From: Candidatus Parcubacteria bacterium
GTDB taxonomy: Bacteria; Patescibacteriota; Patescibacteriia; Patescibacteriales; UBA12075
Assembly: GCA_963814275.1 (NCBI GenBank)
Contig: CAWFCE010000002.1
Location: 618,537-682,536 of the forward strand
Direction: 5' to 3'
DNA length: 64,000 nt
In this document: one piece after another, positions 17,615 to 27,389 of the stretch
Layout: each line of letters starts with the position of its first letter
How positions within the stretch are numbered: position 1 is the first letter of the stretch
Notes under the pieces: model-generated
What the model was told of the DNA's origin: nothing
Seen by the model: the letters and a program-made list of their open reading frames with translations, nothing else
Databases searched by the model: none
Program-made: the position numbers and the translations under genes

Positions 17615-18790
17615 ATGGAAAATAAAAATAGCCATATTAAAAAAGGACATAAGATCGTATTTTTTGACCATACGCCTTTTGTCGGCGGAGCCCAACTGTC
17701 GCTGATGCAGCATTTGATAGAAATGAAGAGGCGTGGCGATGATTTTATTTTGGTTTGCGCCAATACTGCAAAAGACAGTAATTTGAGTTCACTGTATACA
17801 AAAAACAAGATTCCTTTTCGAACAATTGAAATACCGCGATTGAAAGTGTTGCGGCCCGCTGTTCTCATCCGTTTGCTGAAATCTGTATTTGTTCTCAGGA
17901 AACTTCTTAGAGAAGAAAATGCGGAATTACTCGTGACGAATACTGTCCGGACCGCGATATACGGCAGTCTGGCGGCGAAATTATGCGGTGTTAAAATAAT
18001 TTGGCTGATTCGCGACTTCACCTTCCCTTGCTGGCTTTTTTTCGGTTTTTCCGTATTCCCCAAGAAAATCGTTTTTAACGCGATGGCGGTCCGTAATTAT
18101 TATCGGCGGTATTTACCCGCGGAAAAAAAGGCAGCTGTCGTATATGTGGGGCGCGATCTTTACCGCCGCGTATCCGGAATCGATTCTAGCTCGGTCGAAA
18201 ATACCAGATCGAATTGGCGCGCTAACGGTAAATTGGTTGTCGGCTATGCCGGCCGTTTCGTTGCCTGGAAGGGGCCGCAGATTTTGATCAGGGCAATTGC
18301 TTATTTGGATAAGAGGGGAATAAAGGATGTAATTGCGGTAATGGCCGGGAGCGGCGCCGGTCAGGCTGAAAGCAACGAAACTGAATGCCGGACGCTGGCC
18401 AAAGAATTGGGGCTGGATGCCCGGATAATATTTACCGGGTTTATTTCCGATATGGCCACTTTCCTGCCGGCACTGGATGTCCTCGTATTGCCCTCTATCG
18501 AGCCGGAGCCTTTCTCATCGACGGTAGTCGACGCGATGATGGCCCGAGTGCCGGTGATCGGCACCGCTATCGGCGGAACACCGGAAGCGATTAGCGACAA
18601 GGAAACAGGGTTATTAGTGCCTCCGGGCGACCCCAAGGCGTTAGGCGATGCCATGCTATTAATGAAGAAAAATCATGAATTAAAAATGGCAATTATTGAG
18701 CAGGCTTACCGGCTGGCAATAAATAATTTTACCGTATCGAAAACTACCGCCGCGCTGGTAAAAATTTATCGAGAGGAAATAGTCAATTGA
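17615..18790 (+). CDS. glycosyltransferase family 4 (GT-B)
   Basis: C-terminal EPEPFSSTVVDAMMARVPVIGTAIGGTPEAI..ETGLLVPPGD signature. Confidence 0.9.
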   Translation: MENKNSHIKKGHKIVFFDHTPFVGGAQLSLMQHLIEMKRRGDDFILVCANTAKDSNLSSLYTKNKIPFRTIEIPRLKVLRPAVLIRLLKSVFVLRKLLREENAELLVTNTVRTAIYGSLAAKLCGVKIIWLIRDFTFPCWLFFGFSVFPKKIVFNAMAVRNYYRRYLPAEKKAAVVYVGRDLYRRVSGIDSSSVENTRSNWRANGKLVVGYAGRFVAWKGPQILIRAIAYLDKRGIKDVIAVMAGSGAGQAESNETECRTLAKELGLDARIIFTGFISDMATFLPALDVLVLPSIEPEPFSSTVVDAMMARVPVIGTAIGGTPEAISDKETGLLVPPGDPKALGDAMLLMKKNHELKMAIIEQAYRLAINNFTVSKTTAALVKIYREEIVN

Positions 18791-19608
18791 TATTTATGCC
18801 CGATCATTGCATAATATGCCATAGCAAACAGGCAAAAGCCGTTTTTATCGACCATGAAATACCGGTATTGCGCTGCAGCCATTGTTCGCATGTTTATTCA
18901 TCTTATAATGCAGAGCAGTATTATCAGGGATATTTTGGCGATACCAAATATAATGCTGATGTGTATTGGTGGCGGGATGCGCACCGCAAGATGTATCATG
19001 AATTCGGCAAAAGATATTTAAGCAGCCGGGGCGGCCGGCTGTTGGATGTCGGCTGCGGATTGGGTTTTTTCATCGATTATGTCTCCCGGATCCCGGGCTG
19101 GCAGACAACCGGATATGAGATATCCCCCGGAGCGGTAAGCTTTGCCAAAGAGACGCTTGGCCTGAAAACTGTATATTGCGGCAAGGTCGAAGATTCCAAA
19201 TTGCCGGATAATCATTTTGACATAATTACGCTCTGGGATGTTATCGAACATTTGCCGGATCCCGGTCCAATATTGAATTTTTCACGGAAAGCTTTGAAAA
19301 ACGGCGGATTTTTGTTCATTCACACGCCGAACATAAACATTCAATTACCGAAGGCCCGGATCAAATCTATATTATCCAAAAATAGAGGCGGACATTATCT
19401 GGAGGCGAAAGATCATATAAATATCTATTCCCCCGTAACTATTCGATTATTGCTTAAGCAATATGGATTCGAAAGAGTCGATCTCGTCCAGCTGCCGCCG
19501 ATACAAAGTGTTTCCGGTAATCGAAGCAGGATGCCGGTGTGGCTGAAAAATGTTTGGTTTTATTCGGCAAAAATCGTTTTTGTTTTAACCGGCATAAAAT
19601 TAATTTAA
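18787..19608 (+). CDS. class I SAM-dependent methyltransferase with N-terminal zinc ribbon
   Basis: CIICHS...CSHCSHVY, LLDVGCGLGFF, DIITLWDVIEHL. Confidence 0.85.
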   Translation: MIFMPDHCIICHSKQAKAVFIDHEIPVLRCSHCSHVYSSYNAEQYYQGYFGDTKYNADVYWWRDAHRKMYHEFGKRYLSSRGGRLLDVGCGLGFFIDYVSRIPGWQTTGYEISPGAVSFAKETLGLKTVYCGKVEDSKLPDNHFDIITLWDVIEHLPDPGPILNFSRKALKNGGFLFIHTPNINIQLPKARIKSILSKNRGGHYLEAKDHINIYSPVTIRLLLKQYGFERVDLVQLPPIQSVSGNRSRMPVWLKNVWFYSAKIVFVLTGIKLI

Positions 19609-19669
19609 ATAATTTGTTTGTAATAGCAAAAAAGTGATTAGACGGTTAAATTTGAAGAATATATAATTT

Positions 19670-21524
19670 ATGTGCGGCATAGTGGGACAGATAAATTTCA
19701 AAGGTGAAATGGTAAATAAAGATGAATTGGAAATAATGAGAGATACGATGATCCATCGGGGTCCAGACGATTCCGGAATGTATTGCCATGGTAATGTTGG
19801 ATTAGGTTTCCGTCGTTTGAGTATAATTGATCTAAGTGGCGCCGGTTCGCAGCCAATGTGCAATGAAAATGGTTCGATTTGGCTGGTATTTAACGGTGAA
19901 ATTTATAATTTTGACTCTTTAAGAAAAGACCTTTTGTCTAAGGGCCATAAATTCAAGTCTACTTCAGATAGCGAGGTATTAATACATTCATATGAAGAGC
20001 AAGGGATAAATTTTTTAAAAAAAATCAACGGCATGTTCGCCTTGGCGATATACGACCAGCGGGCCAACAGGCTGATTTTGGCGCGGGATCGCCTTGGCGT
20101 TAAACCCTTGTATTATTATCATGACGGTAAAAAATTAATTTTTGCCTCGGAATTAAAGGCAGTTTTGGGTTCCAAGAGTATCAATAAAGAGTTGAGTCAT
20201 GACGGCCTGGTTGATTACTTGCGCTTTGGTTATGTCTTGGAACCCGATTCGATATTCAAAGGAATAAAGAAAGTAAAACCTGCCGAATATTATATATGGG
20301 ATTGTAATACAGGCTCATTGGTAAAAAACGAGCTTTACTGGAAATTACTCTTCAAAAACAGAAGAAAATGGGGATGCTAAGGAAAATTTAGAAAAATTTT
20401 CAGCTTTATTGAAAGATTCGATAAAATCACGCTTGGTCAGTGACGTTCCGCTGGGAGTATTTTTAAGCGGCGGCCTCGACTCCAGCTCCATCGTTTCGAT
20501 CATGAGTCAGGCAGTGAAAAATAAAATCAAAACGTTTTCGATTGGATTTAAGGAAAAGGACTACAACGAAACGGTTTACAGCAGACAGGTTGCCCGCCAG
20601 TACAATACCGAGCATCATGAATTGATAATCGAGCCTGATGCAGTCAGTATATTACCAAAATTGGTGGAATATTTTGACGAACCTATTGACGACTCATCGG
20701 TAATTCCTACTTATTATTTGGCTAAATTTACCCGCCAGCACGTTACGGTCGCATTAAGCGGAGATGGAGCTGACGAACTTTTAGCGGGATACCGGAGATA
20801 TTTTTATTTTCAAAGGCAGGAAAGGATATTATCCAGTTTTCCGGAATATGTAAGCAATTTTTCCAGAATTTGCGCCAAGTTTTATCCGGAGCATTTAAGG
20901 GGCAAAAGATTATTGTATTTATCGAGCCTGGACCGATACGACAGATACGGTGAATTCATCAATGCCTTTACGTCTCCCGAGCTGGAACAACTGGTGGGGA
21001 GCGATTTGCTATCCAGCGGCAGCAATAAAGCATTTGTCGATTTCACCAGTCCGATGATAGAAGATATGATTACACAACTGCAGAATATCGATAGGCAGAC
21101 ATATTTACTGGGGGATATCATCGCTAAAATCGACCGAGTCTCAATGGCGAATTCACTGGAGGTGCGTTCGCCTTTTCTTGATTATCGATTATGGGAACTA
21201 GTTTTCAGTCTACCACCCCAGTACCGAGTCCATAATGGACAAGGGAAACATATGCTTAAGGAAGTTATGAAAAATGATTACAACCAAAACTTTTTAAACC
21301 GCAAGAAAATGGGTTTTAGTGTTCCGTTAAATTATTGGTTCAAAGGCAAATTAAAAGAATATGCCAAAAATATTCTATTTGATTCCAGCTTTATTGGGCG
21401 GGGATTTTTTAACGAACGATATGTCCGTAAATTATTTCAGGTGCATGAAAAAGGAAAAAGGGACTTTTCCAGAAAAATTTGGAATTTAATATTTTTAGAA
21501 CATTGGTTTAGAAAATGGTTATGA
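19670..21524 (+). pseudogene. asnB: asparagine synthase (glutamine-hydrolysing) AsnB-type amidotransferase, split by a frameshift near 20351-20360
   Basis: ORF 19670..20380 starts MCGIVGQ (Ntn glutaminase domain). ORF 20409..21524 carries SDVPLGVFLSGGLDSS (PP-loop synthetase domain). The second frame is already open from 20325. Removing one A from ttcaaaaaca joins the two as ...YWKLLFKTEENGDAKENLEKFSALLKDSIKSRL. Confidence 0.75.
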
Positions 21525-22618
21525 AAAGAGAATTAAATATTAAAGTCGAAAAGATATTGTTTATTCTGCCCACATTAAATACCGGCGGTGTTGAAAGATT
21601 TACCGTAAATTTGGCCAAGTCTTTAACTAAGATGGGCATTTCGACGGTAATTATCATAATAAAATCCAGTACGGATAAGAACTTGGAAATCGATTTGGGC
21701 TCAGCAGGTATAAAATTGATTAGCTTGGATAAAAAATTAAAAATATCGCTTAATTGCTTGATCCGTTTGGTCAAAATAATAAAACAAATTAAGCCGGATG
21801 TTATCCATACCCAATTGTTTATTGCCGATATTTACGGCGTATTGGCGGCAATTTTAGCGCGAAATTTCAATTTAGTAACAACCGAACAATATGACTATAA
21901 AGTACCTGTAATTGGCCGTGTCGTTAAAAGGGTGCTAAATACTTATTTCAAATATTTCATCGTAAAATCCGCAGCTTTAAAAAAATTTTTGCAGGAAAAA
22001 TATCATATAGAGGGAAGCAAAATAGTACAAATACCAAACGCTGTCGATACGGAAAAATTTTATATTTCCGACCGTAATTATAATTCGGACAAAATAACCG
22101 TAGGCGCCATCGGCCGTTTGTCTCCGGAAAAAGGCTTTGATATATTGCTAGAGGCAATGGCCGTTCTGCCGGGTCATATAGAATGCTTGATCGCGGGAGA
22201 CGGTTTGTTATTTGACGATTTGAGCGGAATAATCAAATCATTCGGTTTGGTGAACAGAGTTAAATTAATCGGTAACATCGCGGATGTACCGGCGTTTTAT
22301 AGTCGGATCGATATTTTGGCTATTCCGTCGCGCTGGGAAAGCTTTGGTTTAGTGGTCTTGGAAGGGGGAGCAGCCGGATTGCCGGTGGTTTGCGCAGATA
22401 TTCCCGCGCTTCGCGAGCTGATTGTGCCGGAAGTGAATGGTTTATGTTTTAAAATAGGAGACGCAGATTCATTAGCTGAAAGAATTTCGACACTGATCAG
22501 GGAACCCGAAATAAGAAAAAATCTTGGACAAGCATTACGGAATTTAATTGTTAGTAAATATCATTTTGATAAAGTTGCAGGGTTATACTTGGATTTATAT
22601 TCTGATATAATTAATTGA
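21515..22618 (+). CDS. glycosyltransferase family 4 (GT-B)
   Basis: ILFILPTLNTGGVERF N-terminus. PSRWESFGLVVLEGGAAGLPVVCADIPALRELI. Confidence 0.88.
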   Translation: MVMKRELNIKVEKILFILPTLNTGGVERFTVNLAKSLTKMGISTVIIIIKSSTDKNLEIDLGSAGIKLISLDKKLKISLNCLIRLVKIIKQIKPDVIHTQLFIADIYGVLAAILARNFNLVTTEQYDYKVPVIGRVVKRVLNTYFKYFIVKSAALKKFLQEKYHIEGSKIVQIPNAVDTEKFYISDRNYNSDKITVGAIGRLSPEKGFDILLEAMAVLPGHIECLIAGDGLLFDDLSGIIKSFGLVNRVKLIGNIADVPAFYSRIDILAIPSRWESFGLVVLEGGAAGLPVVCADIPALRELIVPEVNGLCFKIGDADSLAERISTLIREPEIRKNLGQALRNLIVSKYHFDKVAGLYLDLYSDIIN

Positions 22619-22627
22619 TCAAAATAA

Positions 22628-23533
22628 ATGGATTTTCGTATATTCAATAAAATATTAAATAGAATAAATTTCTTTTTTGATAATATCGGAAAAATGGATT
22701 GGGACGCGGTCTGGTGCTCGCTGCAGCCGGCCGATAAACGGTCTTTGGTTTGCCTGCCGGAATTGCTGGATAAAAGGAAAATAATCAAATGGGATCCTAA
22801 AAATAAAACCGTGTCCTGCGGAAATAAGTTTTTTTGTTACAACGAAAATGAGACTTTGACCGATTTGGTTTCGATAATTATGTCCGGGCATCCTTACATA
22901 AGGAAAAACTTTTTAGACAATGAAATGTATGCTTTCGACGGCGCTTATGAGTCCGGAAAAGTTATGCTCGAAAAAGACGATGTCGTAATCGATGTTGGCG
23001 CGCACGTCGGATTATTTTCCGTGATGGCCGGGGAAAAAGTCGGTCCGGGCGGTAAAATATATTCATTCGAGCCGGTGAAGGAGAGCAGGGATCTTTTGTT
23101 AAAGAATTTAACGGCAAATAAGATCGGAAATGCCATTGTGGCCCCATATGCCTTGGGGGCGGATAATGAAAATCTAAATATAAAAATGGATTACCAAAAT
23201 CGGGGACAAAGTACCGGCGTCATGGCGGGAGATACAGAATTTGTCAGAAATGTTCCTCAAATAAAGCTGGACAGTTTTGTCCGAGACAATAGTCTTAAGA
23301 GAGTGGATTTTATCAAAGCCGATATCGAGGGTATGGAACGGGACCTTATAAGCGGGGCAAGCGAGACCATCAGGCGATTCAAACCGAAATTATCTGTCTG
23401 CATCTACCATTTGCCGGATGATCCGAAGGTGATATATTCTTTGATCCGGCAATTGGTTCCGGAATACGAAATTACTATGACAAAAACAAAACTCTACGCC
23501 TCGGTGCCGGCAAATATTATGAATAAATGTTAA
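22628..23533 (+). CDS. FkbM family methyltransferase
   Basis: VIDVGAHVGLFS..GKIYSFEP..FIKADIEGME pattern. Confidence 0.78.
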   Translation: MDFRIFNKILNRINFFFDNIGKMDWDAVWCSLQPADKRSLVCLPELLDKRKIIKWDPKNKTVSCGNKFFCYNENETLTDLVSIIMSGHPYIRKNFLDNEMYAFDGAYESGKVMLEKDDVVIDVGAHVGLFSVMAGEKVGPGGKIYSFEPVKESRDLLLKNLTANKIGNAIVAPYALGADNENLNIKMDYQNRGQSTGVMAGDTEFVRNVPQIKLDSFVRDNSLKRVDFIKADIEGMERDLISGASETIRRFKPKLSVCIYHLPDDPKVIYSLIRQLVPEYEITMTKTKLYASVPANIMNKC

Positions 23534-23540
23534 TTTTCGA

Positions 23541-25424
23541 ATGACTAAAATTCTATACATTGTCGTCGTCTTGATTATTCTGGTATTGCCCTTTTTCCAG
23601 GGAGGAAATACCGATTATACGATACCGCTTATGGAAGCCGTATCGGGCATCGTGTTGTTAAGCGGTTTGGTTGCTTGGAAACATAGAGGCCGGGTAAATC
23701 CGCCTTTTGTTGTATTGGGGATTTGGCTGGCGGTATTGTTTTTGCTGCTGCCTTTTTCCTCCTCACCGTTTAACAGTTTATTAATATGCGTATATTGGGC
23801 TTCATTGGCAATATTCTTTGCTATATTTTTTCGATTGCCTTTCGACAAGAATCAATTGCAAGGCCCGGCGATCTTATTTAGCGCTGTTGGGACGGTTTTG
23901 TCCCTAATCGGTTTTTATTTTTATCTTAGCGGTGATTATACCCGATTGACCTCCACCTTTTATTGGCCTAATCCTTTTGCCGGATATCTGCTTTTTGTGA
24001 TTCCCGTTCAAGCATATCTATTGTCCTTAGGCAGATACCGCCTGGTCAATAGCGCCGCGATTGTTTTGACTCTGGCGGCTTTCGTATTAACAGGTTCGCG
24101 CGGGGCATATATAAGCATAGTGCTCGCAGCCCTGGCCGCCTGGCTAGTTTACCGTCCGACGATTAGACCTTATCGCCGGTATATACTCTACATAACTTTA
24201 GCGACACTCTGTCTGATATTGTTTTTTTCCATTTTAAAACCTAACGCTTATTTTTTGATGAAGCGTTATGATTCCGGCGAAGCGGGGCAGAAGATCGACA
24301 GCGGCGCAGCCACCCGTGTGGCTTATTGGCGGGGGGCCTGGAAAATATTTACGGATAATCCGTTTACCGGTACGGGCTTGGGCACTTTCGGATCGGTTTA
24401 TCCGCGATATCAGACCAACCCGACCACATACGGAAAGTATCCCCACAATTGGTATCTGGGATTATTATCGGAAACCGGGATCATATCATTCTCGCTTTTT
24501 GCCGCATTTTTTATTTTAATTGCCATTATTGCGATAAAAAACAGGAACAATCGGAATGCGCTTACGATTTGCCTGGGTTGGGCCGTCTTGGCCTCGCTTC
24601 TTCACAGCGGCGTAGATATCGACTGGCATTATCCGGCCAACGCTCTTACGTTTTGGATATTATTGGGATTATATTATAATGGAATCAAGGCTGAAAGTAA
24701 TTTATTGCCAATAAGGAAAAAATCAATCATTTTTGGCTTGAATTTTTTGCGAATATTGCTGGGTGTTTTTTTCTTTATTTTTGGCGCGTCTGTAATATAT
24801 TCCACATATTATTCCAAGCAGGCAAAACAAGCGCTTATGGATGGACAAGCGACTGAAGCCAAAGTTTTCCTGGCCAGGGCAATGGCGATTTTGCCTGATC
24901 CGAATTTCCACTATTATTATTCTCTGGCCGCGCAGGAGGAGAGCAGGAGTTTAACCGGTAATTCCCGGCAAGTCGCCCTGGCGCGGGCGCAAACGGAGAT
25001 CGAACAGGCTCTTGCCTCTTCGCCCGGGGTTCCATATTATCATGAACAATTCGGGGTTATAAGCGAGTCCATCGGAAAGGGTAATGCCGCCGAATTACAA
25101 TACCGCCAGGCAATCGCGCTTGATCCCGTAAATACGCCACGTTATTATTACCGCTTGGCATCTTTACTGTATCGGCAAAATCGATTGGATGAAGCGATAT
25201 CGGTAGGAAACTCGATATTGGCCAAGTACCCTTATGATGTGGTTCTAAACCGGCAGATTATCATCACTCCGCTGCAGCCGAGCGCGAGCGGCATCGAAAA
25301 GGATGTCAGGTCCCTCTATCTCCTGATGTCCGATATTGAAACCGCCCGGGGCGATGAGGGGGCGGCCAAAGAATATCGTATTCAAGCTGAACAAGTACCG
25401 GTTAAGAATTTATTCGATTATTAA
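23541..25424 (+). CDS. second O-antigen ligase/Wzy_C-like polytopic membrane protein with C-terminal TPR repeats
   Basis: LTGSRGAYISIVLAAL and YPHNWYLGLLSETGIISF motifs. TPR-like C-terminus (YRQAIALDPVNTPRYYYRLA). Confidence 0.78.
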   Translation: MTKILYIVVVLIILVLPFFQGGNTDYTIPLMEAVSGIVLLSGLVAWKHRGRVNPPFVVLGIWLAVLFLLLPFSSSPFNSLLICVYWASLAIFFAIFFRLPFDKNQLQGPAILFSAVGTVLSLIGFYFYLSGDYTRLTSTFYWPNPFAGYLLFVIPVQAYLLSLGRYRLVNSAAIVLTLAAFVLTGSRGAYISIVLAALAAWLVYRPTIRPYRRYILYITLATLCLILFFSILKPNAYFLMKRYDSGEAGQKIDSGAATRVAYWRGAWKIFTDNPFTGTGLGTFGSVYPRYQTNPTTYGKYPHNWYLGLLSETGIISFSLFAAFFILIAIIAIKNRNNRNALTICLGWAVLASLLHSGVDIDWHYPANALTFWILLGLYYNGIKAESNLLPIRKKSIIFGLNFLRILLGVFFFIFGASVIYSTYYSKQAKQALMDGQATEAKVFLARAMAILPDPNFHYYYSLAAQEESRSLTGNSRQVALARAQTEIEQALASSPGVPYYHEQFGVISESIGKGNAAELQYRQAIALDPVNTPRYYYRLASLLYRQNRLDEAISVGNSILAKYPYDVVLNRQIIITPLQPSASGIEKDVRSLYLLMSDIETARGDEGAAKEYRIQAEQVPVKNLFDY

Positions 25425-25434
25425 ATGTTATTTT

Positions 25435-26139
25435 ATGAAATTGAGCGTAATCATACCCGTTTTTAATGAAGAGAATACTATCGAAGCGCTGATCACAGCC
25501 GTGGAAAACGCGAATTTGCCGGATGGTTTGGGCAAGGAATTGATTATTGTCGACGATGGTTCGTCTGATCGTACATCCGAAATAACCGCAAAATATTCAA
25601 GCAGGCACGAAGTTATCCGGCTTCCGAGAAATCAAGGCAAGGGCGCGGCCGTACGCGCCGGCCTGGCCCGCGCCAGCGGCGATTTTTTTATCATTCAAGA
25701 CGCCGACCTTGAGTACGACCCCAGGGAATACGTGAAATTGCTCCAGCCGATTTTGGCTGACCGAGCCGATATTGTTTTCGGTTCTCGTTTTATTTCGAGC
25801 GAACCGCATCGGATATTATACTTCTGGCATTCGCTCGGCAACCGGTTTTTGACCTTATTTTCAAATATGCTTACCAATCTGAATCTTACCGATATGGAAT
25901 CCTGCTACAAGCTGATGACGCGCGAAGCGGGCAAATATTTAGCGGCAAATTTGCAGTCGCAGCGCTTCGGCATTGAGCCGGAAATAGTCGCCCGGGTAAG
26001 TCGGAAAAATTGGCGGATATATGAAGTGGGCATTTCATATCACGGCCGTACCTACGAAGAAGGAAAGAAAATAAATTGGCGCGACGGCCTGGCGGCATTC
26101 TGGCATATAATTCGTTTCAATCTTTTCGATAAATCGTAA
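25435..26139 (+). CDS. glycosyltransferase family 2 (polyprenol-phosphate sugar transferase-like)
   Basis: Start moved to ATG 25435: MKLSVIIPVFNEE. Also IVDDGSSDRT, IIQDADLEYDP and GSRF. Confidence 0.88.
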   Translation: MKLSVIIPVFNEENTIEALITAVENANLPDGLGKELIIVDDGSSDRTSEITAKYSSRHEVIRLPRNQGKGAAVRAGLARASGDFFIIQDADLEYDPREYVKLLQPILADRADIVFGSRFISSEPHRILYFWHSLGNRFLTLFSNMLTNLNLTDMESCYKLMTREAGKYLAANLQSQRFGIEPEIVARVSRKNWRIYEVGISYHGRTYEEGKKINWRDGLAAFWHIIRFNLFDKS

Positions 26140-26208
26140 AATAATGGTTGTAAATAAAAAAGCCACCCGCGGATCGGGATATTTGGAGAATTTTTTTCCC
26201 GGAAACGA

Positions 26209-26760
26209 TTGCTACTAGCCGATCGATTGATTGACGAGAATTTGCGGCGCGGGAAAATTCTCGACATCGGTTGTGGCACTTATCCGGTGTTTCTGGATTC
26301 GGTACGATTTCGCCATAAATACGCGCTGGACAAATTGCCGCCGCCGGTGACAATGAACGCGATCGATTATCGCAGTTTTCATATCGACGGCCGGCACTCC
26401 CTGCCTTACGATGATGGTTTTTTCCAGACAGTAACCTTATTGGCGGTGCTGGAACACATGAACGTTAAAGTTGCCCGTTATCTACTGAATGAAATTTACC
26501 GCATATTAGCGCCCTCAGGTGCCGTGATCGTCACGGTTCCGCATCGGCGGGGAGACGGATTGCTCCGTTTACTGGCAAAACTGAACCTGGTATCAAGCGA
26601 AGAAATCAATGAACATGTCCAGCAATATAGCCCGAATTATCTCCGATACCAATTGACCTATGCCGGATTTGCCGAATCGGATATTACGATCGGCATATTT
26701 GAGGCCGGTTTCAATATATTTGCCCGGGTGATAAAATCAAGTAAATATCAAATAAAATGA
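26209..26760 (+). CDS. class I SAM-dependent methyltransferase (5' end probably displaced by a frameshift in a T7 run)
   Basis: ILDIGCGTYP, LLAVLEHM, APSGAVIVTVP. The track start is TTG. An ATG at 26144 opens MVVNKKATRGSGYLENFF in the -1 related frame and would join at t26191-t26197. Confidence 0.72.
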   Translation: MLLADRLIDENLRRGKILDIGCGTYPVFLDSVRFRHKYALDKLPPPVTMNAIDYRSFHIDGRHSLPYDDGFFQTVTLLAVLEHMNVKVARYLLNEIYRILAPSGAVIVTVPHRRGDGLLRLLAKLNLVSSEEINEHVQQYSPNYLRYQLTYAGFAESDITIGIFEAGFNIFARVIKSSKYQIK

Positions 26761-27389
26761 ACCTGGATTCATCCTTTTTCGAAACATTTCAATCGATAAA
26801 TTTTATTCTTCCACCCATGGTTAAGGGCTGGTCCCTGGTGATGATCGTCGGTGTTACGGCTGCGGTATTTTTGATAATTACTGCCTTATTCATGCCCCGT
26901 TTTAAATCGGGGTATTATTTGTTGATAATCGGCTGGCTGCCGCTTTTTCTTATATTTTTTTCCGGCAATATTTTAAATAGCCGTGAAGATTACGGATATT
27001 TGTCTATGCCATTGGCCGATCGCAGCGGCGAACGGGTCTGCCGCTTCGAGTCGCGGGTAACGGATAGCCGGGAATGGTGCGGAATGTTCGATTTTTTCGG
27101 ACAAATAAAAAGCGACATTCCGAACGGCGCAAAAGTAGCCGCGGAGGTTTCTCCCATTATTAAGCCTTATTTTATGTATTACTTGCTTTCGGAATACAAT
27201 TTTGTCGATCAAATCGAAAATTCCGAATATGTTATTTTTTATAACCCTTCAAGGCAATATATGCTGGATGGCGACGATCTTTTCCGGGTGGAAAACGGCA
27301 TACGGACTTCGCTTGGGAAATACGGGGTAGTGAGGGCCGATCAGCCGGGACGGATGATAATTAAACGAATGGATTATGGCAATATTTAG
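26757..27389 (+). CDS. membrane protein of unknown function
   Basis: ORF with two N-terminal TM segments. Its ends overlap both neighbouring genes, consistent with translational coupling. Confidence 0.5.
   Translation: MNLDSSFFETFQSINFILPPMVKGWSLVMIVGVTAAVFLIITALFMPRFKSGYYLLIIGWLPLFLIFFSGNILNSREDYGYLSMPLADRSGERVCRFESRVTDSREWCGMFDFFGQIKSDIPNGAKVAAEVSPIIKPYFMYYLLSEYNFVDQIENSEYVIFYNPSRQYMLDGDDLFRVENGIRTSLGKYGVVRADQPGRMIIKRMDYGNI

Noticed and set aside
17584-18063. 159-aa minus-strand ORF over the GT4 5' end
   Set aside because: It is antisense to a well-supported GT4 gene.
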